DNA of 64,000 bases from assembly GCA_002104945.1 (NCBI GenBank), contig MCFH01000021.1, positions 756,239 through 820,238 on the forward strand. The letters run 5' to 3'. Below the pieces are notes generated by a model, which worked only from the letters and a program-made list of their open reading frames with translations, was not told the DNA's origin and ran no database searches. Below, piece by piece: positions 44,499-55,653 of this stretch. The translations under genes and the position numbers were made by a program. The stretch comes from Piromyces finnis finn. Lineage: Eukaryota; Fungi; Neocallimastigomycota. Position 1 is the stretch's first letter; every line of letters starts with the position of its first letter.

Positions 44499-47357
44499 AT
44501 GGATATAATTACAATAATAAGAAATAGTTATAATTGCAGATATTGTAATATATCAGCCTTAGATAATTATATAAGGGATAATAAAATTGATTTAAAAGAA
44601 TTGAATAATGAACGTTCAGACATACTGATCAGTATCCTTCAAATTTTTGAAGAATCAAATTTTAAAGATGATTATTATTGTTATAAAGTAGTAAAGTTTA
44701 TTTTAGATCATTGTCAATATAAAACATTAAATTATACTTTTAATTACCGAAGAGAAAACAGATTTCATGTTGGTGATGTTCCTCTTTTTTTTGCATTGTC
44801 AAGAAATAAGTTAAAGGTTGCTGATCTTTTATTAAGTTACGGTGCAGATATTAATTATACTATTAGAAATCACAGACATCATCACATGAATATAATTAGT
44901 TATTTATGTTATATGAATTACTATCATGGCTATCCTTTCCATTCTAACATTCTAAGTTATATTTTAAATCATGGTTTTGATGTAGAAGAAGTTAATCTAC
45001 AATTAATGACGTTTCTAATTTCTTTTAATAACCATAATAAATTAGAAACTATTTTTAAACATTTTATATATGATACTACCTTTATTTTAAATTTTATTTT
45101 CAAATACAAAAATAGAATTCCAATGACTAATCAAGACATTAGTAGTTATATCCTTAAGGCCAAAAGAAAAATAGAAATTAGAGAATCCATGTATGGTGTT
45201 GCATGTTGTACCAATAATTGTGAGGCCGTAAATATTCTTTTAGATTATGATGCTAATATACCAGATACCCTTATTGATATAGTTGAAAAATATAAATTAT
45301 TAACTCGTGCCATCAAAAATAATGATCATAATTTAATTAAAAATATTTTGAATAATAAATCATTTGATGTTAACAGAATTAATTTTGAAGAATATATCAA
45401 AGATATATGTAATTCTTTTTGTAAAGAAAATACGATTGAATGTTTTATTGATATTTTGAAGCAAAAAAAATATAATTTTACCACTGTTGATTTTGAAAAT
45501 ATTTTATTAGAAGTAAGCAGAAAAAGAAATTTATATTTAATAAAATTAATTCTTAAATTATTATTAAATATCAAAAACTTGGATGACCATTGTTTTACTT
45601 TGGATAATTCAATTGTTAAAGGTTTTGATCAACATTATTTAGTTTTAATATTAAATGTTGCTATAAAAATCAATAGTTTGAATTTGGTTAAATTAATATT
45701 AGAAAATGAGGAATTAAAACCTGTAATAGATATAAATAGAACTGATCGAAATAACGAACTTCCTATTATTGTTTCCTATTATTCTACGAAACAGTTTTCA
45801 AAAGGTAGATCCTATCATCCGATAAATATATTTAAATATTTAATAGAAATGGGTGCAAATATTAATTTTAAGGATCAAATGAAAACGTCATTACTTATTA
45901 CAGCAATTCAGGAAAGAGAGTATTTAATTCTTAGTTATTTATTAAAACAAAGCATCCATGTTAATAAAAGAGATATTGGTTCCTATAGCCATCCACTTAT
46001 AAAAGCAATAGGCACTAATAATATTGATATTGTTATGTCATACATAGAAAAAGTTTTCTCGGAAAATAACAAAAAAAATATAGAACATACTGTGGAAAAT
46101 ATTTTTTCTATTACTAGTTGTGATGGTTTCCCTCCATTAATTCTATCCTATTTATTGAATCGTAAAGAGATAACCGATGTTTTAATGAATAGAATTATGG
46201 TAAATACAAAAGATTATTATGGATATAGTCTTATGCACTATGCTATTCTTAAAAGAGATATTAATACAATCAAAATTTTAATTCACCATCAAGCGGACAT
46301 CAATAATGATAAGTATACAAATTATGCCTTAGATACTGCCATCAAAATTCAAGATAAAGAAATATTTTCAATTTTAATGAATTGTGATGATATTGCTGTA
46401 GATCAGCCAAACGAATTTGGTGACACACCTCTATTAACCTTGATTAAAAATCATTTATTACCAGTGGAAGATAAAAAGGAAATGTTAGAACTATTATTAA
46501 AAAAAGAGGATTGTGATATTAATTTCATTGAAAGTAATGACGCCTTTAATAGTGATAATGAAGAGGAAGGAAATACTACACTAATTTATGCTATTATTGA
46601 AGGTCATCTACCAATAATCAAATTATTAATTGATTATGGGGCAGAAATTAATGAAATATACGATAATGGAAATTCGCCTATGAAAGCGGCAATTCAGTGC
46701 GAATCCATTCCTGTAATAGAATTATTAATTAATAATGGAGCTGATATTCACCTTAAAGATTCATATGACGGAACACCATTGATATACGCTATTCTATTAA
46801 CAAAAAATAAAACCAAAGATATAGTAAATTTATTAATTCAACATCATGCTAAAGTGAATGAAGAGGATGTTTATAATAAAACACCGTTAATGTATGCAAT
46901 TGATAATAAATCCTTACCAGTTATTAAACTTTTAGTTGAAAATGGAGCAAATATGAATCATGATAATATCATCTTTACAAAAGTCTTTAAAACAAAAGAT
47001 TTAACTATTATTAAATATTTCATAGAACAAAACATTAGTATTCCTTTCAACAGAATAACAGAATGTTATGAAATAATTAATAAATTTCCTATCGATAAAA
47101 AAATACCAATATTTAAATGTCTCGTTCAAAATAATTCTGATTTTTTTAGTATTAATGTTTTAATAGAAATCATACGAGAAAATCAAATTGAAATTATCAA
47201 ATTATTAATTGAAAATAATTTTAATTTTAATATTAAAGATGAAAATGAAAAGACACCCTTAGATTATGCTATTTTATTTAATCAACAAACCATTGTAAGA
47301 TATTTGAAAAAATATGAAGAAATGCAATCCATTACTAAAAAAAGAAGAATTTATTAA
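44499..47357 (+). CDS. Intronless ankyrin-repeat protein (952 aa)
   Basis: Single ORF with many ankyrin repeats (GDVPLFFAL..ADLLLSYGADIN, GYSLMHYAI, GDTPLLTLI, GNTTLIYAI, GNSPMKAAI, GTPLIYAI, KTPLMYAI, KTPLDYAI). Ends in KKRRIY. Confidence 0.92.
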   Translation: MDIITIIRNSYNCRYCNISALDNYIRDNKIDLKELNNERSDILISILQIFEESNFKDDYYCYKVVKFILDHCQYKTLNYTFNYRRENRFHVGDVPLFFALSRNKLKVADLLLSYGADINYTIRNHRHHHMNIISYLCYMNYYHGYPFHSNILSYILNHGFDVEEVNLQLMTFLISFNNHNKLETIFKHFIYDTTFILNFIFKYKNRIPMTNQDISSYILKAKRKIEIRESMYGVACCTNNCEAVNILLDYDANIPDTLIDIVEKYKLLTRAIKNNDHNLIKNILNNKSFDVNRINFEEYIKDICNSFCKENTIECFIDILKQKKYNFTTVDFENILLEVSRKRNLYLIKLILKLLLNIKNLDDHCFTLDNSIVKGFDQHYLVLILNVAIKINSLNLVKLILENEELKPVIDINRTDRNNELPIIVSYYSTKQFSKGRSYHPINIFKYLIEMGANINFKDQMKTSLLITAIQEREYLILSYLLKQSIHVNKRDIGSYSHPLIKAIGTNNIDIVMSYIEKVFSENNKKNIEHTVENIFSITSCDGFPPLILSYLLNRKEITDVLMNRIMVNTKDYYGYSLMHYAILKRDINTIKILIHHQADINNDKYTNYALDTAIKIQDKEIFSILMNCDDIAVDQPNEFGDTPLLTLIKNHLLPVEDKKEMLELLLKKEDCDINFIESNDAFNSDNEEEGNTTLIYAIIEGHLPIIKLLIDYGAEINEIYDNGNSPMKAAIQCESIPVIELLINNGADIHLKDSYDGTPLIYAILLTKNKTKDIVNLLIQHHAKVNEEDVYNKTPLMYAIDNKSLPVIKLLVENGANMNHDNIIFTKVFKTKDLTIIKYFIEQNISIPFNRITECYEIINKFPIDKKIPIFKCLVQNNSDFFSINVLIEIIRENQIEIIKLLIENNFNFNIKDENEKTPLDYAILFNQQTIVRYLKKYEEMQSITKKRRIY

Positions 47358-48978
47358 AGAATTCATAAACAATATTCTTAATATATATATTTTAAATCCT
47401 TTTTTTTTTTTTTTTTTTTTTTAATAGTATGTACAAACAACTAATTCAAAATAAATAATTTATATTTAATGTAAAGAAATGAAACAAAATATTTTTTCTT
47501 TTGATCTATACATTTTTTTTTTTTTTTGATATCACTCGAAATAATATAATAAAAAAAGAGTAAAATGCAACAATTATTAACTTTTATAATTCCTTTATTA
47601 TAATTTACACTAAACATACTTTTATAATATTAAATACACTTATTTAAAAAATTATTTATAATAAAAGGGATAGGAAAGAAAAGAAAGAAATATAATATAT
47701 ATAATAAATAAGATATGAATAATATGAATGACTATAAAAGTGAGAAATATAAAATTCTTTTTATAGGATATTATCCATTTTAAATTTTTATATAAATTAA
47801 AATTAATATAATTTAATTAATTAAGGATTTAATTTTTTTAAAGATTTTTCACATGTTAAATAAATAAAAAATTTTTTTTTTTATTTCTCCATAATTTTCT
47901 AAAAATAAACATGTGATAATTTGAAGATTTAAAATATTTAAAAATCAATTTTATAAAGAAAAGGAGAAGCAGACAGACAAACTCTGATCTATTATTATTA
48001 ATGGAATAGTAGAACTTGTAAAATGTAACCTTTATCTTTTATGTATAATGAAAGGTGTAAAATAAAAAAAAAATAAAAAAGAAATAATAAAATATTCTTT
48101 ATTATATATATATATATATATATATATTATTCTTATTAATAATGTTATTAGATTATTTAGAAATTTGTATAAAGATTTACATATTGTTTATATCTATTTG
48201 TATATCTACGTGGTGTATATTTATAAAAAAGGAATAATAAAACAAATCTCTAGTTAGACATCGATCAATCAATCAATAATACATATTATTATGACTTTCT
48301 TTATGTGATTTTATATCATTTTCTATAAAAAAAATATTATTTTATTTCAGATTCTTTGTAAATAAGAAAAAAGAAAAAAATAAACTATCATTAATAGAAA
48401 CCCATTTATTAATAAAAAAGGCTTTCATTAATGTTTCCATAAAGAAATGATTTCCTTTACCCTTTATTTTTTAAAAAAAAAAAAAAATCTCCAGATTATA
48501 AATATTTATTTTTTTTAATATAATACATTTATAGTATGCTGTATTTATATTCATAATATATTATAAATTATATATATTATTAATTTATTAAATTAGTTAA
48601 CATCACAAAAAATATTTAAAATAAGATTCTTTTTTTTTTTTTTTTGTTTTTTAAAATTACCTAAAGAAAAGAAGAAAAAAATTTAAAAAAAAAAAACTCT
48701 ATATGAATATAAATCAATTATAATAAAATAAAAAAAAGTAACAAATAACAAATCAATTAAATAAATAAAAAAATAATTAATAATAATACAAAAAAAAAAA
48801 AAAAAACAAAAAATTAAAAAATTAAAAAACCATTTCAAAATAATTTAAATATATACAATAAAATATTTTAAAATTAAATATAGACTTTATATTTAAGATA
48901 TATTAAATATTCAAATAAGAAACAATAAATAAAAATATAAAACAAATAACAAAGCTATATACATATTTAAAAAAAAAA

Positions 48979-51476
48979 ATGCTATCTGAATTTGTTAATA
49001 AATTAACGGGTCTTCCTGTCGATGCATGTGATGCATTCGTTTCTCTTTTCATTGCTATACCTATTGGTGCAATTTATAATAAATTATTCTCTTATATTGA
49101 AATTAATACCAAAATTCCAAAAAATCAACAAAGATTTTATAGATGTCTTTACTCCATTATTACAACTTTGTATTTAATGTGGATGTACCTTGATTGGTTC
49201 GGTATTGCAAACATTTTGTTATCAATTATTATTACCTATGGTTTAATTAAAATATTCAAACCTTCATTTAAGCTTTCCGTCGTTGTTTTTGTTATTAATA
49301 TAATTCACTTATTATTCTGGTATGTATTATTGGCAATTTTCATGATAATAAATAATATTTTAATTCATATTTATGTTAAAAAAAAAACATTTCCATTATA
49401 TGATATCAATAAATAATATGAATACTATTTATTTATATTTATTTATATATATCTTAATAAAAATTTCTTTCTATTCTATTTTAATGGTTATTCTTGTTTA
49501 AATATCTAAAGTCATATTCACAGACAATTTGAAACTGTAGAAAAATTTGATTTTACTTCACCATTTATGTGTTTAGTTATTAAATTAACTTTATATGCTT
49601 GGTCTCGTTATGACGGAACCCAAAAAGAAGAAGTAAGAATTTATAGTGATTTAAATAAATAAACAAACAAACAAACAAAAAAAAAATAAAATTTTTTTTG
49701 TAATATATATGATACAAAAAAATTTAAATCGAATTTATAAAGATAATATTAATAATAAATTCATAGGTGCATATTAATAACATTTTATACTAAAATTTAA
49801 TATTTCAATTTTTTTTATAAAGGATTTATTCAATGCCTATCAAAAGAAGGCTTGTATTAAAAAAGAACCAACATTCTTCGAATTTTTAGCTTATACCTTA
49901 TTCTTCCCTGGTTTCTTTACCGGTCCAGCATGTGACTACTATGAATTTGAAGAAATTTTAAATAAAAGTGTATTTATTATTTTAAATAAATTATATTTAT
50001 AAAATATTGATATATAGTATAATATATAGGATATATACAATAATGCATAGTATGAACAATATTAACAGATAATTTATAATTTTTATCTATTTTTCTTAAT
50101 TAAAATTCAAAATTTTAAATAGTACGCAGAAGAAAAAGAAAAGGAAGGTCAAATGGATGCAGTTAAATCAAAGTTACTTAAAGGATTAATATACACTGTA
50201 ATTTATGTTTCATTTGGCGGTTTCACTTATCAATATCTTATTTCTGAAGAAGGTTTATCCAAACCATTCCTTTACAGGTAAAAACAATTACATGTATTTC
50301 CATTGTATTACCCTATCTATAAAAAATATTTTAAACATTACAAAAAAAAAAAAAAATGTTCATTTGAAATTATTAATTTTAATATTTTTATTTTATTATA
50401 TTTTATATATTCAGATTAATTTATTTAACTATCACTTCTGTCGCTCACCGTTTCAAATTCTATTTAGCATGGACTCTTGCTGAAGCATCTTACAATTTAA
50501 TTGGTATTGGTTATAATGGTGTATCTAAAGGAAAACCATTGTGGTAAGTAAATTATATATGTATAGTTTCTTTTTATTTATCTCTATAACTATAACAATA
50601 GTTTGATACAATTATATTATCATTTAATTTTTGAACCAGTAACAAAACAGACCAAAATTAAAAAAAAAAATATAAAAATTATTATTTAATATATGTTAAC
50701 TATTTTCGAAATTTAACATTTAATAATTTTATTTTTATATCTAAAAATATTAAAGGAATGGTATTATTAATGCCAGTATAAAATTAGAATTATCAGAAAA
50801 TATGAATAGTATGGTTAATCATTGGAATATAAGAACTACTCTTTGGTTACGTCATACTATTTATGATCGTATTAATAAATATTTAGGAAAAACTAGTTCT
50901 CTTATTGGTATTTATGTTGTAGATATTACTTCTGCTATTTGGCATGGTACTTACTCTGGTTATTTCTTAGCCTTTGTTTCTGTTGCTTCTTACAACACCA
51001 TTGTTAAAAGTTTCCGTAAATCAGTATCTCCATTCATTCACGAAAAACACGCTCCACTTCATAAATTCAAACCTATCTATGACATTTTAGGTATTATAGT
51101 AACTCAATGTATTATGAATTTCACTTTTGCTCCATTTATTCTTCTTACTATTGGTGACAGTATAAAACTTTGGAAGAGTTTCTACTTCTTTGTTATTATT
51201 ATTATGTTTATTGCTTTCTTAATCTTAAAACCTCTCGGACTTGAAAAATATCTTTTCCAAAAACAAATTGAAATTTTAAAAATTAATCCCTACAAAAAAC
51301 ATAGTAAACCAATAAAATCAGAAACTTCTGCCACTATAAATCCATCCAATGAAGAAAATGAAAAAATTGCCGCCGAATCTTCAAAGGAAAAAGAAGAATT
51401 AGTAAAGAATGAATCCTCCTCTCTTCTTGAAAATACCGAAAATACAATGAATTTAGAAACTAAAAAAACAGAATAA
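48979..51476 (+). CDS. ALE1: MBOAT-family lysophospholipid acyltransferase (ALE1/LPCAT type), multi-exon
   Basis: Multiple TM segments. Motifs FDFTSPFMCLVIKLT..AWSRYDG, FLAYTLFFPGFFTGPACDYYEF, YFAWTLAEAS..LIGIGYNG, NHWNIRTTLWLRHTIYDR and TSAIWHGTYSGYFLAF (catalytic His). Confidence 0.9.
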
Positions 51477-51720
51477 AAGGGGGGGGGGAAAGTTTTTCAG
51501 TTAAAAAGGGAATATATAATAATTATTATTAATTTATTCACATTTATACTTTTATTATGCACACTATATATTCATGATAGAATTAATATAAAAAAAAAAA
51601 AAAAATCTTTTTAATAACAATATTTAATATTTATATATATTATTTATATTCATATAAAATCAAATAACTCTCATCCTAACTAAAGATTAGTATTATTAGA
51701 TTTTTTTTTTAACTAATTTT

Positions 51721-51757
<37 letters not shown>

Positions 51758-52716
51758 AATGAATATTAAAAAGAAAAAAAAACATTTTACAGTAATAATA
51801 TAATAATTAAACAATATTAATTATTTTGATAAATTCTTTTTATAAATCATTATTATTAATAGGTTTAAATTATTAAAAATATATATATAATATATATTTA
51901 TACAAAAAAAAAAAAAAAAAAAAAAAATAATAATAAAAGAAAGAAAAAAACAATTAAAATATTCAACACTAAAACAACACTTTTTAAATAAAAAAAAAAT
52001 TAAATAATCTAAACTTTTTTTTTATCATCTTTTTAATTATTTATTCATTTTTTTTTTTTTTAAACTTTGTTTTATAATAATAATTATAAATTTTTTTTTT
52101 TTCTTTTTGATTGAGATTGAATGGTATAAAGTAAAAATAATAATAATAAAAACTTTTTTTCAATTATTATTATTATTATTATTAATTATAGAATTGAATA
52201 TAGTATAAAATATATATTAAGTAAAAGGATATATATAATATATATATTTAATAGGAAACTATTTAAAACAATAATGATGGATAAACAAATCTTTTTTTAT
52301 GAATACATTAAAAAAGGATTGTTATTCATCACTTTTTATTTTTATCAATTTATTATAATTATATATAGAGTAATATCATAATATTAAATAATTTATAAGT
52401 ATAGCAATAATAAATGAAAAAAAAAAATAGTTATATATTTGTTAGAAGGATAGGCTTAGATGTAATTGATGCAATTGACTATTTATTGTATATTTCATTC
52501 GATAGGATAAATTTTAATATATTTTATTTTGTTTCTTTTTTTCCATGAAAAAATAATATAAATAGGATAGAATGGATAAGGATAGTAGTGATAGGCAGTG
52601 TAGGAAAAAAAAATATTTATGAGATAGGATGAAATTCTTTCATTTTAATTCCTCATGAAATATAATATATATATCTATAATTTAAAATTATGTTCTTTCA
52701 TTTAATAATGAAATCT

Positions 52717-54540
52717 TTATAGTATAAATGCTATGACTATTATCATTGTATTAATAATAATTATGTTATTGTAAAATGAATATAATGATATTGATGATAT
52801 TGATGATGATCTTGCCTCTTTTGATAAGATGTCTTGTTCAACACTTTTATAATAGAATTCATCTTGTTCTCTTTCGGTCCAACCAATAGTTTTTAGAATT
52901 TTAATAACTTTACTTCCTACAAAACCGTGAGAACTTTCACTTGAAAATCGTTCCACTAACTCATTTACTGATCTTGTAATAATAGTATAGTACATTAAAT
53001 AATTGTCATCCACCTCATTTAACTTTTCTTTTGGAATGAAGCAATCAATTGAAGAATCACAAGCGAAGGGAGCATGAATATGACTAATGCTACTCATTGG
53101 TTCATACTCTTTAAATGTTTGAAGGGTAATAACTTCACCATCATAAGCTTTAAATCCTATTGCTTCCCGGGTAGTAAAAGGTTTTACTAAATGTTTTGAA
53201 TAGGCATGAGTGTTATTTGAAAGTATTTCTAAATTTTCAAAATGATGAATGACATTTTCTTCAGAGGTAAATTTATGAACTTTAACATCTTCCAAGTATT
53301 CTTGTATGCCTTGATGAATATAATAATCAGGATGTTCCATTTCAACAACGTATCGATCAAATACAGTGAATGGAATCCAACCTTTATAGGATTTTTCATT
53401 TCCAGCCCTTGTTCGATAATTATTAGCTAACGGCTGAGGTATTATACGATCTTCTGGAAATGTCATTTTAAAAGCAGCACTTGCCGTCGTCATGAGATGG
53501 AAAAAACCCATACCATGAATGATTTCATGTGTAGCTACAATTAGATAATTTCCATAATTACCTTTTCTTAAATAATCCGTATTAAAATAAAGAGACATAT
53601 CATATGAGGAATAATCTATAGTAATATTATTAAAATCAAATTGTTTAACAAGGGCTTGAGGATAAGAGTAATAGCCTTGATCTGTAATATTTAATGTAAT
53701 AAAACTTGGGGAGTAGGTTAACGCTGTAATATCTGCACAATTATCACTGTTCATACTTTTACAAAATGGAAGAATATGAACATCAACATTAATGGTTTGG
53801 TAAATATTAAATATATTAGAAATGTAATGTCCAGCATTTTCCAATTTATCATTAATATAAATACACTTTTCTTCATCATCCATACATTCTACTATAAAGT
53901 TAAATGGAACATCATCCATTTCATCATCACTTTTTAAGTTTAAAAGGTCATCTTCATCTACATCAATACCATGATAAAATTCAGAAAGGGGTCTACCATT
54001 GTTTTCTCTATGATGATTTTTACAATTTTTGGAGAGCTTATACCGATCAGTGTTGTCGTTATCATTGGGTATTTTACATGAAGATGATGAAGTAGAACGA
54101 TTATGATTACTTGACTTATCGGATAAATCTGTACTATTGTATTCTGATGAATAGGAAGGATACTGGGTATAATTCATGGATTCGTTTGAAATATCTTTAT
54201 CATTTATTTTTTCATTATGAAAAAAAGAAGAAATGAAATTTCTACGATGATAATTTAATTCTTTTTCCTTTTTCTCTAAAGAATATTTTAAGTTTGAAGA
54301 TTGTTGATAATACTGAATATCATTATTTAATATTTGATTAAGACGAGTATTTATATCATCTGCTACATCAGCATAAAATATTTCCGCATAATTAATGTTT
54401 TCATTTTTAAAGGATCTCGCCTTTACTTGACTTGTAAATATTGGTATTGTTGAGTTTTCGATATTAACTATTTTACTTAAATTATAAAGAAGGCATTTTA
54501 CTATAAAAATTACCAATATTTTCCGTATTATTTCTGTCAT
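52717..54540 (-). CDS. Secreted, probably GPI-anchored zinc metallopeptidase, paralog B (HEIIHGMG), intronless
   Basis: 607-aa single ORF. N-terminal hydrophobic leader, Ser/Asn-rich spacer, then PFNF, YSYPQALVKQF, HEIIHGMGF, GWIPFTVFDR, IGFKAYDGEVITLQTF, SSISHIH, YLMYY and KTIGW. Ser-rich linker and hydrophobic tail. Confidence 0.88.
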   Translation of the reverse strand: MTEIIRKILVIFIVKCLLYNLSKIVNIENSTIPIFTSQVKARSFKNENINYAEIFYADVADDINTRLNQILNNDIQYYQQSSNLKYSLEKKEKELNYHRRNFISSFFHNEKINDKDISNESMNYTQYPSYSSEYNSTDLSDKSSNHNRSTSSSSCKIPNDNDNTDRYKLSKNCKNHHRENNGRPLSEFYHGIDVDEDDLLNLKSDDEMDDVPFNFIVECMDDEEKCIYINDKLENAGHYISNIFNIYQTINVDVHILPFCKSMNSDNCADITALTYSPSFITLNITDQGYYSYPQALVKQFDFNNITIDYSSYDMSLYFNTDYLRKGNYGNYLIVATHEIIHGMGFFHLMTTASAAFKMTFPEDRIIPQPLANNYRTRAGNEKSYKGWIPFTVFDRYVVEMEHPDYYIHQGIQEYLEDVKVHKFTSEENVIHHFENLEILSNNTHAYSKHLVKPFTTREAIGFKAYDGEVITLQTFKEYEPMSSISHIHAPFACDSSIDCFIPKEKLNEVDDNYLMYYTIITRSVNELVERFSSESSHGFVGSKVIKILKTIGWTEREQDEFYYKSVEQDILSKEARSSSISSISLYSFYNNIIIINTMIIVIAFIL

Positions 54541-55090
54541 TTGGAGAATTAGTAGAATGACTTTAATAATATAGTATTTATTTAAATTATTGAGTTATAA
54601 CAACAATTATTTACTAAATATGTTTTAAAAAAAATTAGATAATATATATCTAATAATGTGCTATTAATAATTTATAATTATTATTTACACTAATAGTATT
54701 ATTATTATATTGTTAAAAAAATATATATTTTTTTATATTGTATGAAACAAAATTTCATCAATTATAATATTATTATTACACCTTGTTACAATTACTATAG
54801 TATATTTTTATAATATATGTAATGATATTTTTTTAAATTCTTTCATTTTATATAAAAATTTTATTTGAAAATTTTTTTTTGCCTAATATGAAAGAATTTA
54901 TAAGATGAATAATAATAATTCTTTGTGTGATATATATTAAAATAAAGTTAGTACTGAAATTTTACGATATTTTATTTTAACAAAAAATAAATTTTATTTA
55001 TATATAAACTTTATATATTATAAAATTGAAAAAAATATATATATATATATAAAAAGATAAAAAAATTAATTATATAAACATTAAATATTA

Positions 55091-55653
55091 TTACTATTAC
55101 CGATTACTATTACTATTACTATTACTATTACTATTACTATTACTATTACTATTACTATTACTATTACTATTACTATTACTATTACTATTACTATTACTAT
55201 TACTATTACTATTACTATTACTATTATTACTATTACTATTACTATTACTATTACTATTACTATTACTATTACTATTACTATTACTATTACTATTACTATT
55301 ACTATTACTATTACTATTACTATTACTATTACTATTACTATTACTATTACTATTACTATTACTATTACTATTACTATTACTATTACTATTACTATTACTA
55401 TTACTATTACTATTACTATTACTATTACTATTACTATTACTATTACTATTACTATTACTATTACTATTACTATTACTATTACTATTACTATTACTATTAT
55501 ATTACTATTACTATTACTATTACTATTACTATTACTATTACTATTACTATTACTATTACTATTACTATTACTATTACTATTACTATTACTATTACTATTA
55601 CTATTACTATTACTATTACTATTACTATTACTATTACTATTACTATTACTATT
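55091..55653. repeat. (TATTAC)n hexanucleotide satellite, ~93 units
   Basis: Near-perfect hexamer array with two 3-nt slips (near 55225 and 55498). It explains the spurious 201-aa ORF 55081..55686. Confidence 0.97.

Noticed and set aside
55091-55653. TATTAC array as a telomere or interstitial telomeric repeat
   Set aside because: It lacks the G-rich run of typical fungal telomere repeats, is internal with genes on both sides, and I have no evidence for this organism's telomere motif.
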